NCBI GenBank assembly: GCA_000708835.1 | Contig: DF237096.1 | Location: 108,497-172,496 of the forward strand | Origin: Klebsormidium nitens | Taxonomy: Eukaryota > Plantae > Klebsormidiophyceae | Length of the DNA: 64,000 bases | Direction: 5' to 3' | In this document: positions 12,001 to 24,818 of the stretch, piece after piece | Position numbering within the stretch: position 1 is the first letter of the stretch | Layout: each line of letters begins with the position of its first letter | Notes under the pieces: model-generated | Database searches by the model: none | What the model saw: the letters and a program-made list of their open reading frames with translations, nothing else | Told to the model about the DNA's origin: nothing | Made by a program: the position numbers and the translations under genes

Positions 12001-15000
12001 TACCTTCCCGTCAAGCAGGACGGGCTGATCGACCTAGAGCTTCTCAAAAACACCATCACCCCCGAGACGGTGCTCGTGTCGGTGATGGCGGTCAACAACG
12101 AGATCGGGGTGGTGCAGCCGCTGGCAGAGATCGGGCAGATCTGCAGGGAAAGGAAGGTCTTTTTCCATACGGACGCAGCGCAGGTGAGGGGGTCTGAAAG
12201 TACACAATTGCTGACAGCCATTCAGCAACTTCTCCTGAGCCTCTCAGCCCTACTAAGTCTGACCCCCGGCATCATGACGTTATTTGGAAGGTCAGAAATG
12301 TTAGGTTGATTACGCGCTGTCTGTCCTAGGTGAAACGGCTTTTTGGCGTTTCTCGCAGTGGAGACTCAAGTTTGGCTCTTGATTTGAGCGGCCGCTTTGT
12401 CGGCAGTGCGGAAGTCGGAGTACTTATGAATCGTCGAGGTGGCTGCTAAGATTGCCGGTGCGAAAATAGAAGCTAAAGCGGCTGTGTACACCACCGAACT
12501 CAAGGAAATGTAACGCAAGGAGTGCTGCTACGTGAGCGAATTTTGACTACCTCGTCGAGAAGCAAGTTTAGGTTTCTTCCAGTTGATGGTTTACGAGATT
12601 TGAGGAGACTCAATCTGATTCTTCGCCGTAAAGTAAGGTTTCCTGCCTTCCCTCCTGTTGTACGATCCTGAAGTCTACATTGTCCTCGTGTCTGATTAGA
12701 GCTCTACTGCGCCGACTTTCTTGGTTATCCAAACCTTGAAAGCCGGGACACAATAGGACCCATAGATTTGCTCTTTGCGCACGCCAGCACGTTCTTCCCG
12801 CCACCTGATACTCACTCCCTACACATGCTCCTACGGATACCAACTTCGTCTGTTCTTGGCAGGCCGCAGGGAAGATTCCGGTAGACGTGGACACGCACAT
12901 TTCCTCAAAACCTGCATGTCTTCTCCAGACGTCTAATACTCTTTGAACATTCAGATCCGCTAACCAACCTGTGTTTGGCAGGCCGCGGGGAAGATCCCGG
13001 TCGACGTGGACGCTATGAAGATCGACCTCATGTCGCTGAGCGGCCACAAGCTGTACGGCCCCAAGGGCGTCGGCGCGCTCTACATCCGGCGCCGCCCGCG
13101 CGTGCGCATCGAGGCGCAGATGAGCGGGGGCGGCCAGGAGCGGGGCCTGCGCAGCGGCACCATTCCGACGCCGCTCGTCGTGGGCTTCGGGGCGGCGTGC
13201 AGTATAGCACAGGAGGTGGGTCGCTTGGAATATGCTGAAGGTTGTTTTTGGGAACCTGCTGTTTTTAATGGCGCTTCCAAGGTCCTCACTGTGGCTTTGG
13301 CGCCCTATACAGGACAGCACTGGTGGTAGGCTGGTTGAGGTCCTGTTGCTTTAGTCATTGCTTCCCAGCAGCTCTCGAGTAGTGATTGCTTTCCCGCAGC
13401 TCTTGTGGCGTAGCCTCCGGGCGGCTCCCAAACTCATGCAGAAGCTGCGTTGCATGTTGTGTCGTTGGAACTAAGATTTGCGCCGTTGCTACTTTGCGTC
13501 CGCCGTGGACTCAAAGCCATTCCCGTGGACTGATATTCTGTTAAGTTGCGTCCCGAAACCGTTGTGAAATGCTTCTCACCGTTGACAGCAACGGTTCCTG
13601 CAGTGTCAAGCGATTGCTAGGCCTGCGACTCTGAGTATCTTGACCGCGTATACTGAACGAATTACAAGGAACTCGTTCGATGTGCTGCTTGATGCCCTGT
13701 ACCCACTGGTGTCAACCCCTTCCGCTTCGAAGCGCTCATCTGCTCTTGACACTGCAGGAGATGGCCCGTGACCGTGCCCACGTGGACCGGCTGTCGCAGC
13801 GGCTGCTGGACGGAATCCGGTCGAAGCTCGAGGGCGTCGTTCTGAACGGATCAGAGGAGCATCGCTACCCGGGCAACGTCAACCTGTCTTTTGCGTACGT
13901 AGAAGGTGAGCCGCGACCAGTTTTCAAGCTCTTTGCAGCTTGCAAGCATTTGGAGCGAAGTAATCTTAAGAGGGCACTCTCTGTTGGACTGGCTGGAGCG
14001 TAATTCTTATAAGGGGGCACTTTGTTGGATTGCCTGAAGGGAAATCTGCTGGGGAGATTCCTTATCAGCAACTCTACTGCAGTCACGCATGCTGAAATGG
14101 AACAACGGTGTGTTCGTGTTCCGATTGACCGAGTCAGTCGGGCTGAATACGAGTACTTACTGGGAGCTGCAAGTTTAACAATGTGTGCGAAGTTTGCGGA
14201 GTTGATTGTTTCGAGTCACTTCCGACGAGCTTGTTAAGTGGAGGTGGTGTCCTAACTCCCGTTGGCCGACGTCGTCCGAATGTCGAGTGGGAGTCCAATC
14301 TGCCCGCCCTTGGTTCCTCGAAAAGTCCCCAGCGAGTAGAAGAGCATTATTAAGCGGCATCGATCATCGCACGAGAGGCTGCGCTTCTGCTCTTGTTTCT
14401 CGTCTTCGTTTTATTGTACAAGAGTACGTTGAGGGTATTGAGCCTTTATCGTCCTTTAGTCACTCAAATCAGAGGCTGTGCAAAGCACGATACGCCGGAA
14501 GTCTGCTCCGTCTCACAGTGCTGGGCGAGAAGCCCCGGATGCACTTTAAAGAACTGACTGGTTAGTTCAACGTATTCGAAGATTGTTTCGGCAGGGACAG
14601 CGTGGACCTGCAGATGAACTCCACTTTCGTCGTTTTTGTGTTCGTATGTCTACATGATTTTCGAAAGCTATCCGCTTCCATAACACTTTGTACTCATCGA
14701 TCATTTTCTTGACCAGGTGAGAGCCTGCTGTGTATGTATACGAAGGTTTCGTATATTGTCTGCTTTCTTCATACCCGTTTATCATATCTATCAGGTGAGA
14801 GCCTGCTGATGGGGCTCAAGGAAGTCGCCGTCTCCAGCGGGAGCGCGTGCACGAGCGCCAGCCTGGAGCCCAGCTACGTCCTCCGGGCGCTCGGGGTCGA
14901 AGAAGACATGGCGCACACGTCTATCCGATTCGGTGTCGGACGGTTCACGACCGAGGAGGAGATCGATCGTGCAGTCGAGCTGACGGTCGCGCAGGTGAAC

Positions 15001-15081
15001 AAGCTGCGGGAGCTGAGCCCGCTCTGGGAGATGGTCCAGGAGGGGATAGACATAAAGAGCATCCAGTGGGCGCAGCACTAG
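9045..15081 (+). CDS. NFS1: Mitochondrial cysteine desulfurase (NifS/IscS), 8 exons
   Basis: Exons 9045-9249, 10222-10388, 10865-10936, 11279-11461, 11986-12183, 12982-13215, 13758-13905 and 14795-15081 splice in phase. Motifs: transit peptide, [34 protein letters not shown]-lysine [10 protein letters not shown], catalytic SSGSACTS, and the C-terminal [12 protein letters not shown]. Confidence 0.97.
10021..10072. repeat. Perfect 26-bp tandem duplication in NFS1 intron 1
   Basis: TTTGCCTGGTTTTCTGTCTACCTCTG occurs twice, head to tail. Confidence 0.9.
11795..11917 (+). pseudogene. Degenerate duplicate of the NFS1 intron 4 acceptor plus the start of exon 5 (pseudo-exon)
   Basis: CTGCAG|GGCTTCGACCTGACGTACCTTTCCATCAAGCAGGACGGTTGA translates [24 protein letters not shown], versus the true exon [25 protein letters not shown] 145 bp downstream. 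Confidence 0.9.
12850..12893 (+). repeat. Duplicate of the NFS1 exon 6 acceptor and first 10 codons
   Basis: TTGGCAG|GCCGCAGGGAAGATTCCGGTAGACGTGGAC versus the true TTGGCAG|GCCGCGGGGAAGATCCCGGTCGACGTGGAC at 12982. Confidence 0.9.
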
Positions 15082-15808
15082 GTGCGGCCGCGTCAGCGTA
15101 GGGCGGGGGAGTCAGGATGCGGTCTGTTCGGAGAGTCGATCAAAATGAACTCTTTGGCATTCCGATCATGGGGACAGACTAGACTCGTTCTTTGTGAACG
15201 CGAGGTGCAAGCGGAGTCCACGGGGGGCTATTGGGCGGGACATACGTTACCATCGCAGCCATTTCGTCTCTTTGAAACGACAGCTCCCATCAAAGGGCAT
15301 GGGGTTTATTGCCATACGTTACCAGTAGGATCACTATTCTGCCAGACACATGGCTCTCGGTCTTTGTTGGAGGCGCGCATCATCGCCCTACTTTCGCACT
15401 GAGTAGTGCACAGTAGGATCATGATGCGTTGCCTTCCAAATCGCAAATCATTGTAGCGCTAAGCTATCAAAGAACGAGTTATTCTGGGGGTCGTTTCAGA
15501 GGCCATTCAGCGACGGTTCAGTTCGTTTGAACCATACCGTTCAAGTTTGAATATCAAACGTTAGGTTGCCATTGAATGCACTCAAGTAATGCCGCGCCGG
15601 CAAGTCTCATGCATCAGAGGCCTTGATTGAGACGGTCTCGTAGTATGCAATCAAGCCTTTGAGCTTGTTGGAGCGGAGATGAACGAAAGCCATTTTCCAA
15701 TGCGCAGTGAGCCATGGGCGGTCGCCTGGTCGTTTATTATCGTGTACTTCATGACCTGGCGTGCATGTGTGCTGACGGTTTTTAAAAACTCATTGAGTTC
15801 GTCTTGAT

Positions 15809-15884
15809 ACTACCACTACCCGTGATGTGGGACGCTATGAATGCTTACTATCACTACCCGTGATGTGGGACGCTATGAATGCTT
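15809..15884. repeat. 38-bp tandem duplication, intergenic
   Basis: ACTA(C/T)CACTACCCGTGATGTGGGACGCTATGAATGCTT occurs twice with one mismatch. Confidence 0.9.
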
Positions 15885-16623
15885 CTTATTATGATACCAT
15901 TGCACAAGGCATGGGGCCGATAGGGCCGGCCCCCAAGAAATAAAGTTTGGCACCGATTGCATGTCTGTGTGTTCTTCTGACTCTGCAGCGGTATGGTGCA
16001 ATATCGACTGCAAGTAATGTTCGATAAACAACACCCCATAACTCCTAGAAGCACTAGATCATTCACTGAGTAGTAGTAGACTATAATGAAATATTTGGTG
16101 TGCTACTGACCGTGCCAACCTTATATGCGACGGGCGACCACACTTTGAAACTCGAGACATTAGATGGCTGCTTGCGAGCTATTGCGAATATGGACTTAAA
16201 AATTGTGGTCTGCATTCTGGAGAGCAGAGCAGATGAGGCAATCTGCCGGCAATCCAAATGCAAGAGCTTACGCCTTGCTTACGCAGCTTCAAAGGCAGAT
16301 GCTGTGTGGAACATCAGAACATGTTATAAGAAACACAATATGGAATGCCTTCCCTGTATGCAGAGCTGCCTTGCAGCCACTCAAGCAAGGTCGGATTGCG
16401 TTCGCTTGCTACAAGCCTTTTAATGCTGCCCATGCGCCATAGGCACTGGCCGTTGCTTCCACCCTTTTGGTGAATTCGAGTTACTTCCGGGGCCAAGCCT
16501 CTGACTCGTGTACTGCAGGTCTGATTGGCGATCGCTTATTTGAACTCTGTGGCAATTATTCTAGACATGCGGAGCAGCGGATCCCAAGTCAGCAGCGCAG
16601 CGCCAGCAACAAAGTGGCAGCTC

Positions 16624-16983
16624 CTAAGGCAACTTGTTGAAAAACACCAACCAAGGTGTTAGGCTAGCCGTTCGCTTCGTGAACGGCCTCCCCTTGTTCT
16701 TGTTGTGGCAGAAGCGAACTGCTTTCTTAAAGTGGTCCATAAGGTCGTCGCCTTCAGGGAGACCATCTTTCCTCGCATTTGTGCGTGCGAAGTACCACAG
16801 CATGTAGAGTTGCAATCCAGCGTCTATGTCCTTCGTTGCCAAATCTTCTATATCAGCCAAAAACTTCTTGTGCTCAGCGAGTGACAGATCCTGTCGGACC
16901 GCAGTGTCCCCCATGTTCCTGACGTGTCCTGTCCTGATATTAGCTTCCTTCTCCTGACTCTCTTGATGGCCTCCTTCCGCCAT
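16624..16983 (-). CDS. Hypothetical 119-aa protein (possibly one exon of a longer gene)
   Basis: ATG-initiated ORF with protein-like helical composition (LADIEDLATKDIDAGLQLYMLWYFARTNARK). A G-box/ABRE (CACGTGTC) lies upstream at about 17219-17226. No family recognised. Confidence 0.35.
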   Translation of the reverse strand: MAEGGHQESQEKEANIRTGHVRNMGDTAVRQDLSLAEHKKFLADIEDLATKDIDAGLQLYMLWYFARTNARKDGLPEGDDLMDHFKKAVRFCHNKNKGRPFTKRTASLTPWLVFFNKLP

Positions 16984-18194
16984 AGGACATTGCTATATGA
17001 CTTAAGTGTGACTTAAGTCGCTTCTTATGGTTCAAAGCCAAAAGATCAAATCATCACCTCAAAATCCTAGTGCTTCACATCGTTGCGGATGACTCTAGTA
17101 TGATGCACTGCATGTTCGCGCATGTGTCGGATGATCGTCGGCGCTCTCAGTGGCATATCGACGAGGCCGGGCCGCGCGGCGGCCGCTCTGCAACTTTCCA
17201 AAACCCTGCCCGGATGTCCACGTGTCATCCACTGTGCTTTTGAAACATGACCGCCGGCCGACGTCACACCTGTCCAATTTTCCAAGTAGAATGCGGTTCG
17301 TGCGGCCACCAAATTTAAGTCTGACCAATGTACGGCTCTGAGCAAACAACCGGCAGACAGGAAGGTGCCAGACGCCTGGCGGCTCTGCCGCTGCGCAAGA
17401 AATGCTGCCCTGCAGTAGTCCTAGTGCGAACGGCATTGGCACAGCTGCCAGCAGCTGGTGAGCTGCGTCTTCTTGGCACTTGCAGACTGTTGGCAGCGCG
17501 TCTGCACGTCACCAGCTTTGAACAGGTTGATGAGCTTTACCTAGTTGCAGGTTTAGCTTTTCAGCAGATTTCACACGTTGCCGTGGCCACCAGGACGACC
17601 TGCATTTACAGAGCTTTGTTGCGGGAGATCTAAGCGCATCAGGTTCAATCTTTGATCAGGCAAGTCCCTATATTTGTCAGTGCTCACATAATGCGTTTGG
17701 TTTTGTCAGACAGGGGAACAAGGTTCCGCACCCAGTTGTTTCTGCTTTCTTAGTGACAAAGATGACACTTGTGGAAAGGGAAGACTTTTGTGACAGATTG
17801 GCCACATTCCGGGCTGGTATCAGTGCTTCCCCAGGTGTTGTGGAATCAGGGTGACAAGGTCTGTGCAATCTTGAAAGCACCACTTGATGAGATGCCTTAG
17901 GAGGCCAGAGTCTGGCAGTGCAATTTAAGCAGCTCATATTTATGCACTGGTATCTGTACTGCTCGTGATTTCATTTGAAGGTTACAGATAAGAAACTTTG
18001 TTTGATGAGAAGTGCTCATCTGCTCTCAAAAGGGTGGTAAGTACTTACCCTCATCATAAGGGGCTGAATGGGTCAAACACACATCCTTTACTTAAGTTGA
18101 TCAGTACTCATCAACTTGCAGTCAGTCAAGGAAGCACTTTCACCAACAGTGCATTTCTTGTAGCAGAGGCGTCAGCTGACTCCGGGCTGACATC

Positions 18195-21100
18195 ATGAAT
18201 CCCGGTTGGGGGGACAAGCTGGCACTATGCTTAGGTGGTCTCTGCTCCCCTTGTGGTAAGTCAATCCCAGGAACTTCGTCAATCCCAGGAACTTCTGAAC
18301 ACTTCAAAGAACTTTTTGAAGAAAGGACTTATGTCCTTCTACCAGCTCACAAACAGTCATTCGAAGGGCTTTGGGAATTTGTTGATTAGCAAGCTTCTGC
18401 CGTCTTTTCCTTTCATCTTCATAGACTTTGCGAGAACCGATGCGGTGTCAGCTTCTTCATGACAAGCCCGCACTTCGGAATGCCAGGCGCATATGATCAT
18501 TTTTTGTTGAAACATTTGAGTTACTTCTCGCACCTTTTCCAAGGTGCCTTGTTTTGCACTTACAGGCTGAAAGGCACTGCTGATGATCTAACCTGTAACT
18601 GATGAGCTACCTGACCACAATCGCGATCCTTTCTCCTCCGCTTCTTTAGAACTGATGTTCAAGTGATGACCTGGTCACAAGTGGCAAAACACCTAGTTCC
18701 TGTTCTCTTTCTCCAGGTGGTTGCCTGGGGACACCGGCCGTGCGCATGTACGGAAAGTACTTGAAAAAGCAGTTCAACAAGTGAGTGCATCTCTCGCGTT
18801 TGAACACGGGCTCAAGTAATTCCTTATGAAGTAGTCAACTGCAGGAGGCGGCTACTTCTTGTTTCAAGCATGTGCTGGGGACGACTAGTTCCAATTGCAA
18901 CGGGTCAAGTGCTTCTGTCAGCATCGCCAAAGCATCATAGGTATCTCGACAAAATCAGTCGTGTTTGTTGTCACCTTCTTGCAGATGCGTCTTTTCGCAA
19001 TCAAGCTTGTCCGAGCTCTTTCTGAGGAGCTGACTGTACTCATTCCTCGGGACATCACAGTAACAGTTGAGCCACACGTTAAATTTTCAACGAGCTCACC
19101 GTACCTCCTTTTGAGAAGCTACATATACGTCTTCCTGAGAACATCGAAGTAACTTTCCACCCATTTTTTTGTCTGCAGAGCTGGCTTGGTGGAAGAGCAG
19201 GTTGACATCGACGGTGGCGAAACGTCGATGCACATGTGGGTCCCAAAGAAGTTTGCGGACGCAAGGAAAGGGGGCAGAACAATCGAGCAACAAAAGCAGC
19301 CGCCGGTCGTGTTGCTTCATGCTTTCGGGCCGGGGGCAATATGGCACTGGAATGCACAGGTAAGCCTTTTCAGAACGGGTCTCCAATGCACTAACAATCA
19401 TCATACTTTGCTCCCTCTGTGGTCTTTCTAGAATCTCAATACGTTTTCCTTCCTAAAGAAGTCGTGAAGGTTAGGCTATAATGGTATATTTTGATCCGAC
19501 TGAATCGCACGTTGGGGCGTTTAGACTGACCTTTGGGAGGGTCGAAGCCCAAGCCGAGGGGAACGCTGGGTGTCTGGGTGAAGTAGGGATGTGTTCCAAT
19601 TGAAATCCTGTGGGCCTGTCGAGAGGATATATGAGAGCCCTATACGAGAGCCAAAGCCTTACGCTTAAAAAGGAAGCCTTTCAAGTAGATTGTACACGTT
19701 TCCTCTCAGCCTTCCGTCCTTTCGCAAAATCACTATGTCGGCAAGTTAGGATCATTTCGCAAGTAGCTACATAATAGCTATACTGACCGTCGCAGTTCAG
19801 TCCTTTATAAATCAACCTGGTCGCTCATCCTCTGGCAATCTATTGAAGTTCTTGAGAAGGTGTGTCAGCAGATAACGAGAGCTGGACGTCCTTTCCGGGT
19901 GATCAAAGGACCCTCTGCAGGTAGCTGACGCGTTTCATCCCCGGTCTTTTCCTTATCGGACCATATTTCGAAGAAACACCGGCATAAGCCGCCAGGCGAA
20001 CACGGTACTCTAGTTCCCAGGTCAAGGTTGTTCAGGCGACATGAGGTCACATATAGCGTCCACCAACACGTCCGACATACCGTTCCTCGGCAAGCGTATG
20101 CATCAAGGAAGGCGTGCTGTCGCCACCAATGAAAATCCGGATATCCCGTTCAGATCTCGTGCAAAACGACGTACGAGACTTCTTTAACAGGTCAGACATT
20201 TCTGCGGACTGCTCGGCCCTCTTTTTTCTGACGTCCCACTTTCTGAGGAATGCGCGCACACGAGAGCAATCGAAGACAAATAGTTGCGGCCACGATCACC
20301 AAACCACTTAAGTGACTGCGGAACAAGCCTTTCCGCAGGTCAAAGATTTTTGCAAGCGGCTCGACGTGTTCATTCCCGACCTCCCGTTCTTTGGCGAGAG
20401 CACTAGCCGCAGCAATCAGCGGTCCGAGACTTGGGAAGCGGAGTGCGTCAAAAAGGCGTTGGACCAGTACGGGGTGACCACGTTTGACGCCGTGGGCATC
20501 TCGTATGGGGGCTTCGTGGGCTATCGGCTCGCGCAGCTGTACCCAAACAATGTAAGTGCGTTGCTTGGGTCGCTTGTTTTGATCTATTTGAGTTGCTCTA
20601 ACGGCACTCCATATACTCATTACAAAGCGCGAGTCCAGGAAGTCGTTGGAAAGAAGTCCTCGACTAAGGGCTGAATACAAAAGCTGCTGTGCAACATTGC
20701 GCTGCTGATTGAACCCGCTCGACCCGCATATAGCTCATGCCTCGATATTAGTTCTTTGGCAAGGGTTGAGGCAGGATGATCGTGGTATCAGAAAGCAAAG
20801 TCTGGTTTTAAAGCCGGTCCCTGACCCAACTAGTGGGGGGGCAACCGAGTCGCACAGAGTGGTAAAGGGACATTTTCACACGGACACTTTTTCCACGATA
20901 TCAATTCCCGACCGAGCGTGCGCCTCAAAATTTTGAAGTTTTTGTCTCCAGAACCAGGAAAATTGTTGTTGGGTCTCTTTCTGATGCCTATGCGGGTATG
21001 CCCGCCTATGCCCGTTTGGAGACTGGCCATACACCGTTTGCGGTCCACTCCGCACTTTGTTTTGAGCCATGTTGGAGCAATATGTTTTGCAAGCCGTGCA

Positions 21101-24100
21101 GGTTCGGAGTCTGCTTGAACAAACCCCCCGTGCCTCGTGGTTGTAACGGAAAATCTCAAACCCCGGAAAAATTTTTAACTGCTGAAACCCTAAACCCTAC
21201 ATTCGCAACGTGCAGCTTCGGAAGGTGTGTTTGACGGACTCTCCCGGCGTTGTGGTGACTAAGGAGGAGTGGCAAAACGTGCTCAAAGACCTGGGGCTCA
21301 AGGACATGCTAGAAGTGAGCCCTTCCCTTGTCTTTGACGAGTCCGGTTCTACGATGTTCTTCTCTATTCGTACTTACTTGTAGGACAAGGCACGGTTGCT
21401 GAGTCACGTCGTTAACCCAACATGGTTTACCCTGTATGACACCCGTCCGCCTGAAGTTAACAGATTGGTTTGTGGACCTTTCAGTCAGTACCAGCGACCG
21501 ATGGTCTTGGCGTGAATCCGCGTCAGGTGAAACTTAAATTTATAGGTCAGAAGCTACGCAAATCGGTCATCGTTCCATGCTCAGTCGGCTATCAACCCAC
21601 TGTTCGTACGCCAATGAATCCGTTTCAAGGCCCGATCAGCACCTTGTTTTGTCGGTGAAACAACTCTGCTGAGTCCGCCAAAACCTTTGGTCACGCGGTC
21701 CAATGACGCGACAATTGCGCCCATTTTGGAGCCGTATGTTTAATGATCAACACTGTGGTCCACGATTCTGGATTGCAATTTGGGAAACCTAGCTCTCGAA
21801 CAACCTCTCGATGCAGCTAGGCGTGCGAATATGCGACATCACTGACCACAGTCAGTGATGAGCGGATAAGTAGTGGTAAACCGTTCCTCTTCCGCTGCAG
21901 ACGCTTCTTCCCGACAACCGGAAGGACATGCGCGCGGGCATCGGGCTGACGTTCCACAAGCCGCCGCCCGTTCCCGGGTGCATTCTAGACGGCGCATTGA
22001 AGGTGAGCTTTGTTGAAAGTCTCATTCAAGTCGCCGTATTTCGAAAGGTAGCTTTATAGGAAGGGCTCGTTCAAGCACGTGTGTGAAACAGCGGTGTTTC
22101 ACACACGAGGCTGTGAGGGAGAATTTCTTCAAGCCCCCAGTGTTGTAAGCTGAGCTTAGTACGTGGCTGTTGCTCGAATTTTCCAGTCGGAAATTAGCTC
22201 GGAATCATGCAGCTGTCCGCGAGGATTGAAGCGGCAACGTCCTCGCTTGTTTCCAAATGACTTTTGTTGAAGGTTTCGAGCACCTTCTAAAGCTCGCATG
22301 CCGACAGTCCTTTCTACCGACGTTCCGCTGAAACTCAGAACGCAAGGAGCGAAACTCTTGTCGAAGTCTGCGTTCAAATCAGGACCCTGATGAGTAGGCA
22401 TAGGCGCTTCGTGACACGCCAATAGCAGTATGAAGACGCGTTTGGTTGAAGCAATAGTTGTGCGTGAACTTCCTACCAGCGCCCGCTGCTTTAACCAGTC
22501 TAAGCACAGCTTCCGACCCGTTGAGAGTGCGGACCTTTTCCTCCTGCAAAGACTTGCTGACATCTGAGGAGTCCCTTCGCAGGTGACGTTCAGGACCCGC
22601 CTGGACAAGCGGCGCGAGCCAGTACGATTTCAACGCAATAAAACCGACGATAACAACAACCAAAACCACAATTGTAGCGAGAGTAATACTAGCGGTGATA
22701 ATCCGGCCGTTTGGACCGGCCAGCCTTCTTGTTACAATTGTCCGCAAATTTGCTGACGTCAGGGGATCTCTTCGGCAGGTGATGTTCGGGGAAGGTCTCG
22801 ACTAGCGGCGCGAGCTGGTGGAGCATCTGATGCGGTTCCTGGACACTCCGATTGATTTGGATGTGCGGAATTTTGTGTTTCTCGAGGGCTTGCTGACGTC
22901 AGGAAGACTTGCTGACGTCAAGGGGATCCCTTCCGGCAGGTGATGTTTGGGGACGGTCTCGACGAGCGGCGGGAGCTGGTGGAGCATTTGATGCGGTTCC
23001 TGGACAACCCGGAGAGCCCTCTCGGTCGGTACCGCCAGGAGTGCCTGCTCGTCTGGGGCGAGTTCGACCGCGTGTTCCCGCTGCCGCTCGGCCAGAAACT
23101 AAAAGCGTGAGTGTTGAAATTTTAGGGGTTTGTATTATGGGGGTTTTAAGTTTCAGAAGTTGCCTGGTCCGAAACACGGCTCTTCTGACTAGTGATTTAG
23201 TTTCCGCTTGTTCCCCTTGTCGTGCTCCCAATAACCCATGCCCTTCCCGCGGCCGCTCGGGCCATGAAGTAAAAGCGTGAGTCCTGTTGTCGGTTTCAGG
23301 GGCGTTGTGTTTAGTCTTGACTAACTCTCTGCATCCCAACCGTGTGTTACCGTTCCAATTCGGGCAGATATTTAGAGTGTGAGTGGTCGCTTGTTTTCAA
23401 GGTCAAAGCTCGACCGTCTCGCTGTTTGAGCTGAGTAAGAACCGCTAGTCCTCAGAGCATGGACTCCCCACGTGCTGATAAAACCCCGCGTCTCAAGCAC
23501 ACATAACGCTTCAAACCATCTCGAAGGATCTACATCCCAGAACCAGACGGAAAGACCCTCCCCCTTGAGATTCCGTCTCCACAAGACAAGCTAATTTAGC
23601 AAGTGTCATTTCCACTTTCAGCCGTCGCTCGGCCAAAACACCGTTGGTTTGACGAGCTGACGTTTAGGAGCAGCTCTTTAATGCGAATTGCGTGTCATAG
23701 AGACACTGAATGCTGTCCCTCGCATCAAACCGCAAGTATTTGATAGCTTTAGAAATACCTTTTAGTGGGGAATGGGTTTTTTGGATGCTTTCCTCCACAG
23801 CGCTGATTACCACTGAACTGAACCAGGGGTGCTAGCATCTAGTTCCAACAAATGAGTGGGGAAGCCAAATTCGACAAGGTGGTTTTGTCGCTAACGGCAG
23901 CGTGCATTGACTTGTTAGCCGCTCTCTGTGCCATTCTCACGAGTAGTGATCTTCTCAGGGTTTTCAATCCGGAGTGCGGTCTACACATTTTGCCACCTTT
24001 TCAAGTCCTTTCGGATTCGCGTCCTTCACGTTCTTAAGCTGCTTGATGCTGCCAATCTCCGATTTTAATGATGAAGCTTTGCCAACTTTGGTGGCTACAA

Positions 24101-24484
24101 AAATGGACTTGGATGATTCTCCTTACCATGTTCCGTTCTTGGCACAGGTTTCTGGGCCCGAGCGCGGAACTCGTGGTCATCAAGAAAGGCGGCCATCAGC
24201 CGAGCGTCGAGATGCCAAAGGAGTACAACAAGATCGTGCTGGACTGGCTGACCGCCGAACCCAAGGTTATGACCGAAGCCACCGGCAAACCCGTGGTCGA
24301 GGCCGATGGTTACACGCGTAACCCGGGGTCATCGGATTCCGCAGCAGAGACGGGCGAGGCGATCGCAGCGGAAAAGTTGGACGGTAACCGGGGTGGATTA
24401 GCGGAGCATATGGAAACGAGTTTGGGGGAGGCGCGGGCCCCTGCGGGGGACGTGGAGCTCGCGCGTCAGACGCTGACGTCATGA
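18195..24484 (+). CDS. Alpha/beta-hydrolase fold protein (plant Abhydrolase_1/6 family), 8 exons
   Basis: Exons 18195-18255 (tentative), 18717-18780, 19179-19359, 20339-20551, 21216-21314, 21901-22002, 22940-23106 and 24148-24484 splice in phase. Motifs: VVLLHAFG oxyanion region, PDLPFFGES, nucleophile elbow GISYG, WGEFDRVFP (acid), and GGHQPSVE (His). Confidence 0.9.
22750..22850 (+). pseudogene. Degenerate duplicate of the hydrolase exon 7 acceptor plus 5' half
   Basis: GGCAG|GTGATGTTCGGGGAAGGTCTCGACTAGCGG... (VMFGEGLD*RRELVEHLMRFLDTP) versus the true exon at 22940 (VMFGDGLDERRELVEHLMRFLDNP). Confidence 0.92.
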
Positions 24485-24818
24485 GGGGGCTCGGGGGCCA
24501 CGTGAGACATCTGCAAATTCAATGGCTGACACGGGGGGAGTAATGACGCAAGTGCGCTAATCAGGTTCTAGATGGTGATGGGTTCACAACCCGTCGTTTA
24601 GATTATGTTGTCAAGGGGTTGAGTCCGGTTGGTAGTCAAACAGGTCCCGAGGATCTTTTGCTAGTCCCCCCAAGACAGGCCACCCGTTATTGTCGTGTAC
24701 GATGGTGTATAGAAAGAAAACACTTGCGCAGCATTGCGAAGAATCAAGGGCATTTATAATAGATAAGTATTGCAGGCTGCGAGTTTTTGCCCGGTATTAC
24801 AAACGAGTAACTTCGTTT

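Noticed and set aside
21184-21199. AAACCCTAAACCCT telomere-like repeat
   Set aside because: Only two units in an intron; this is a common telo-box motif and not an interstitial telomere array.
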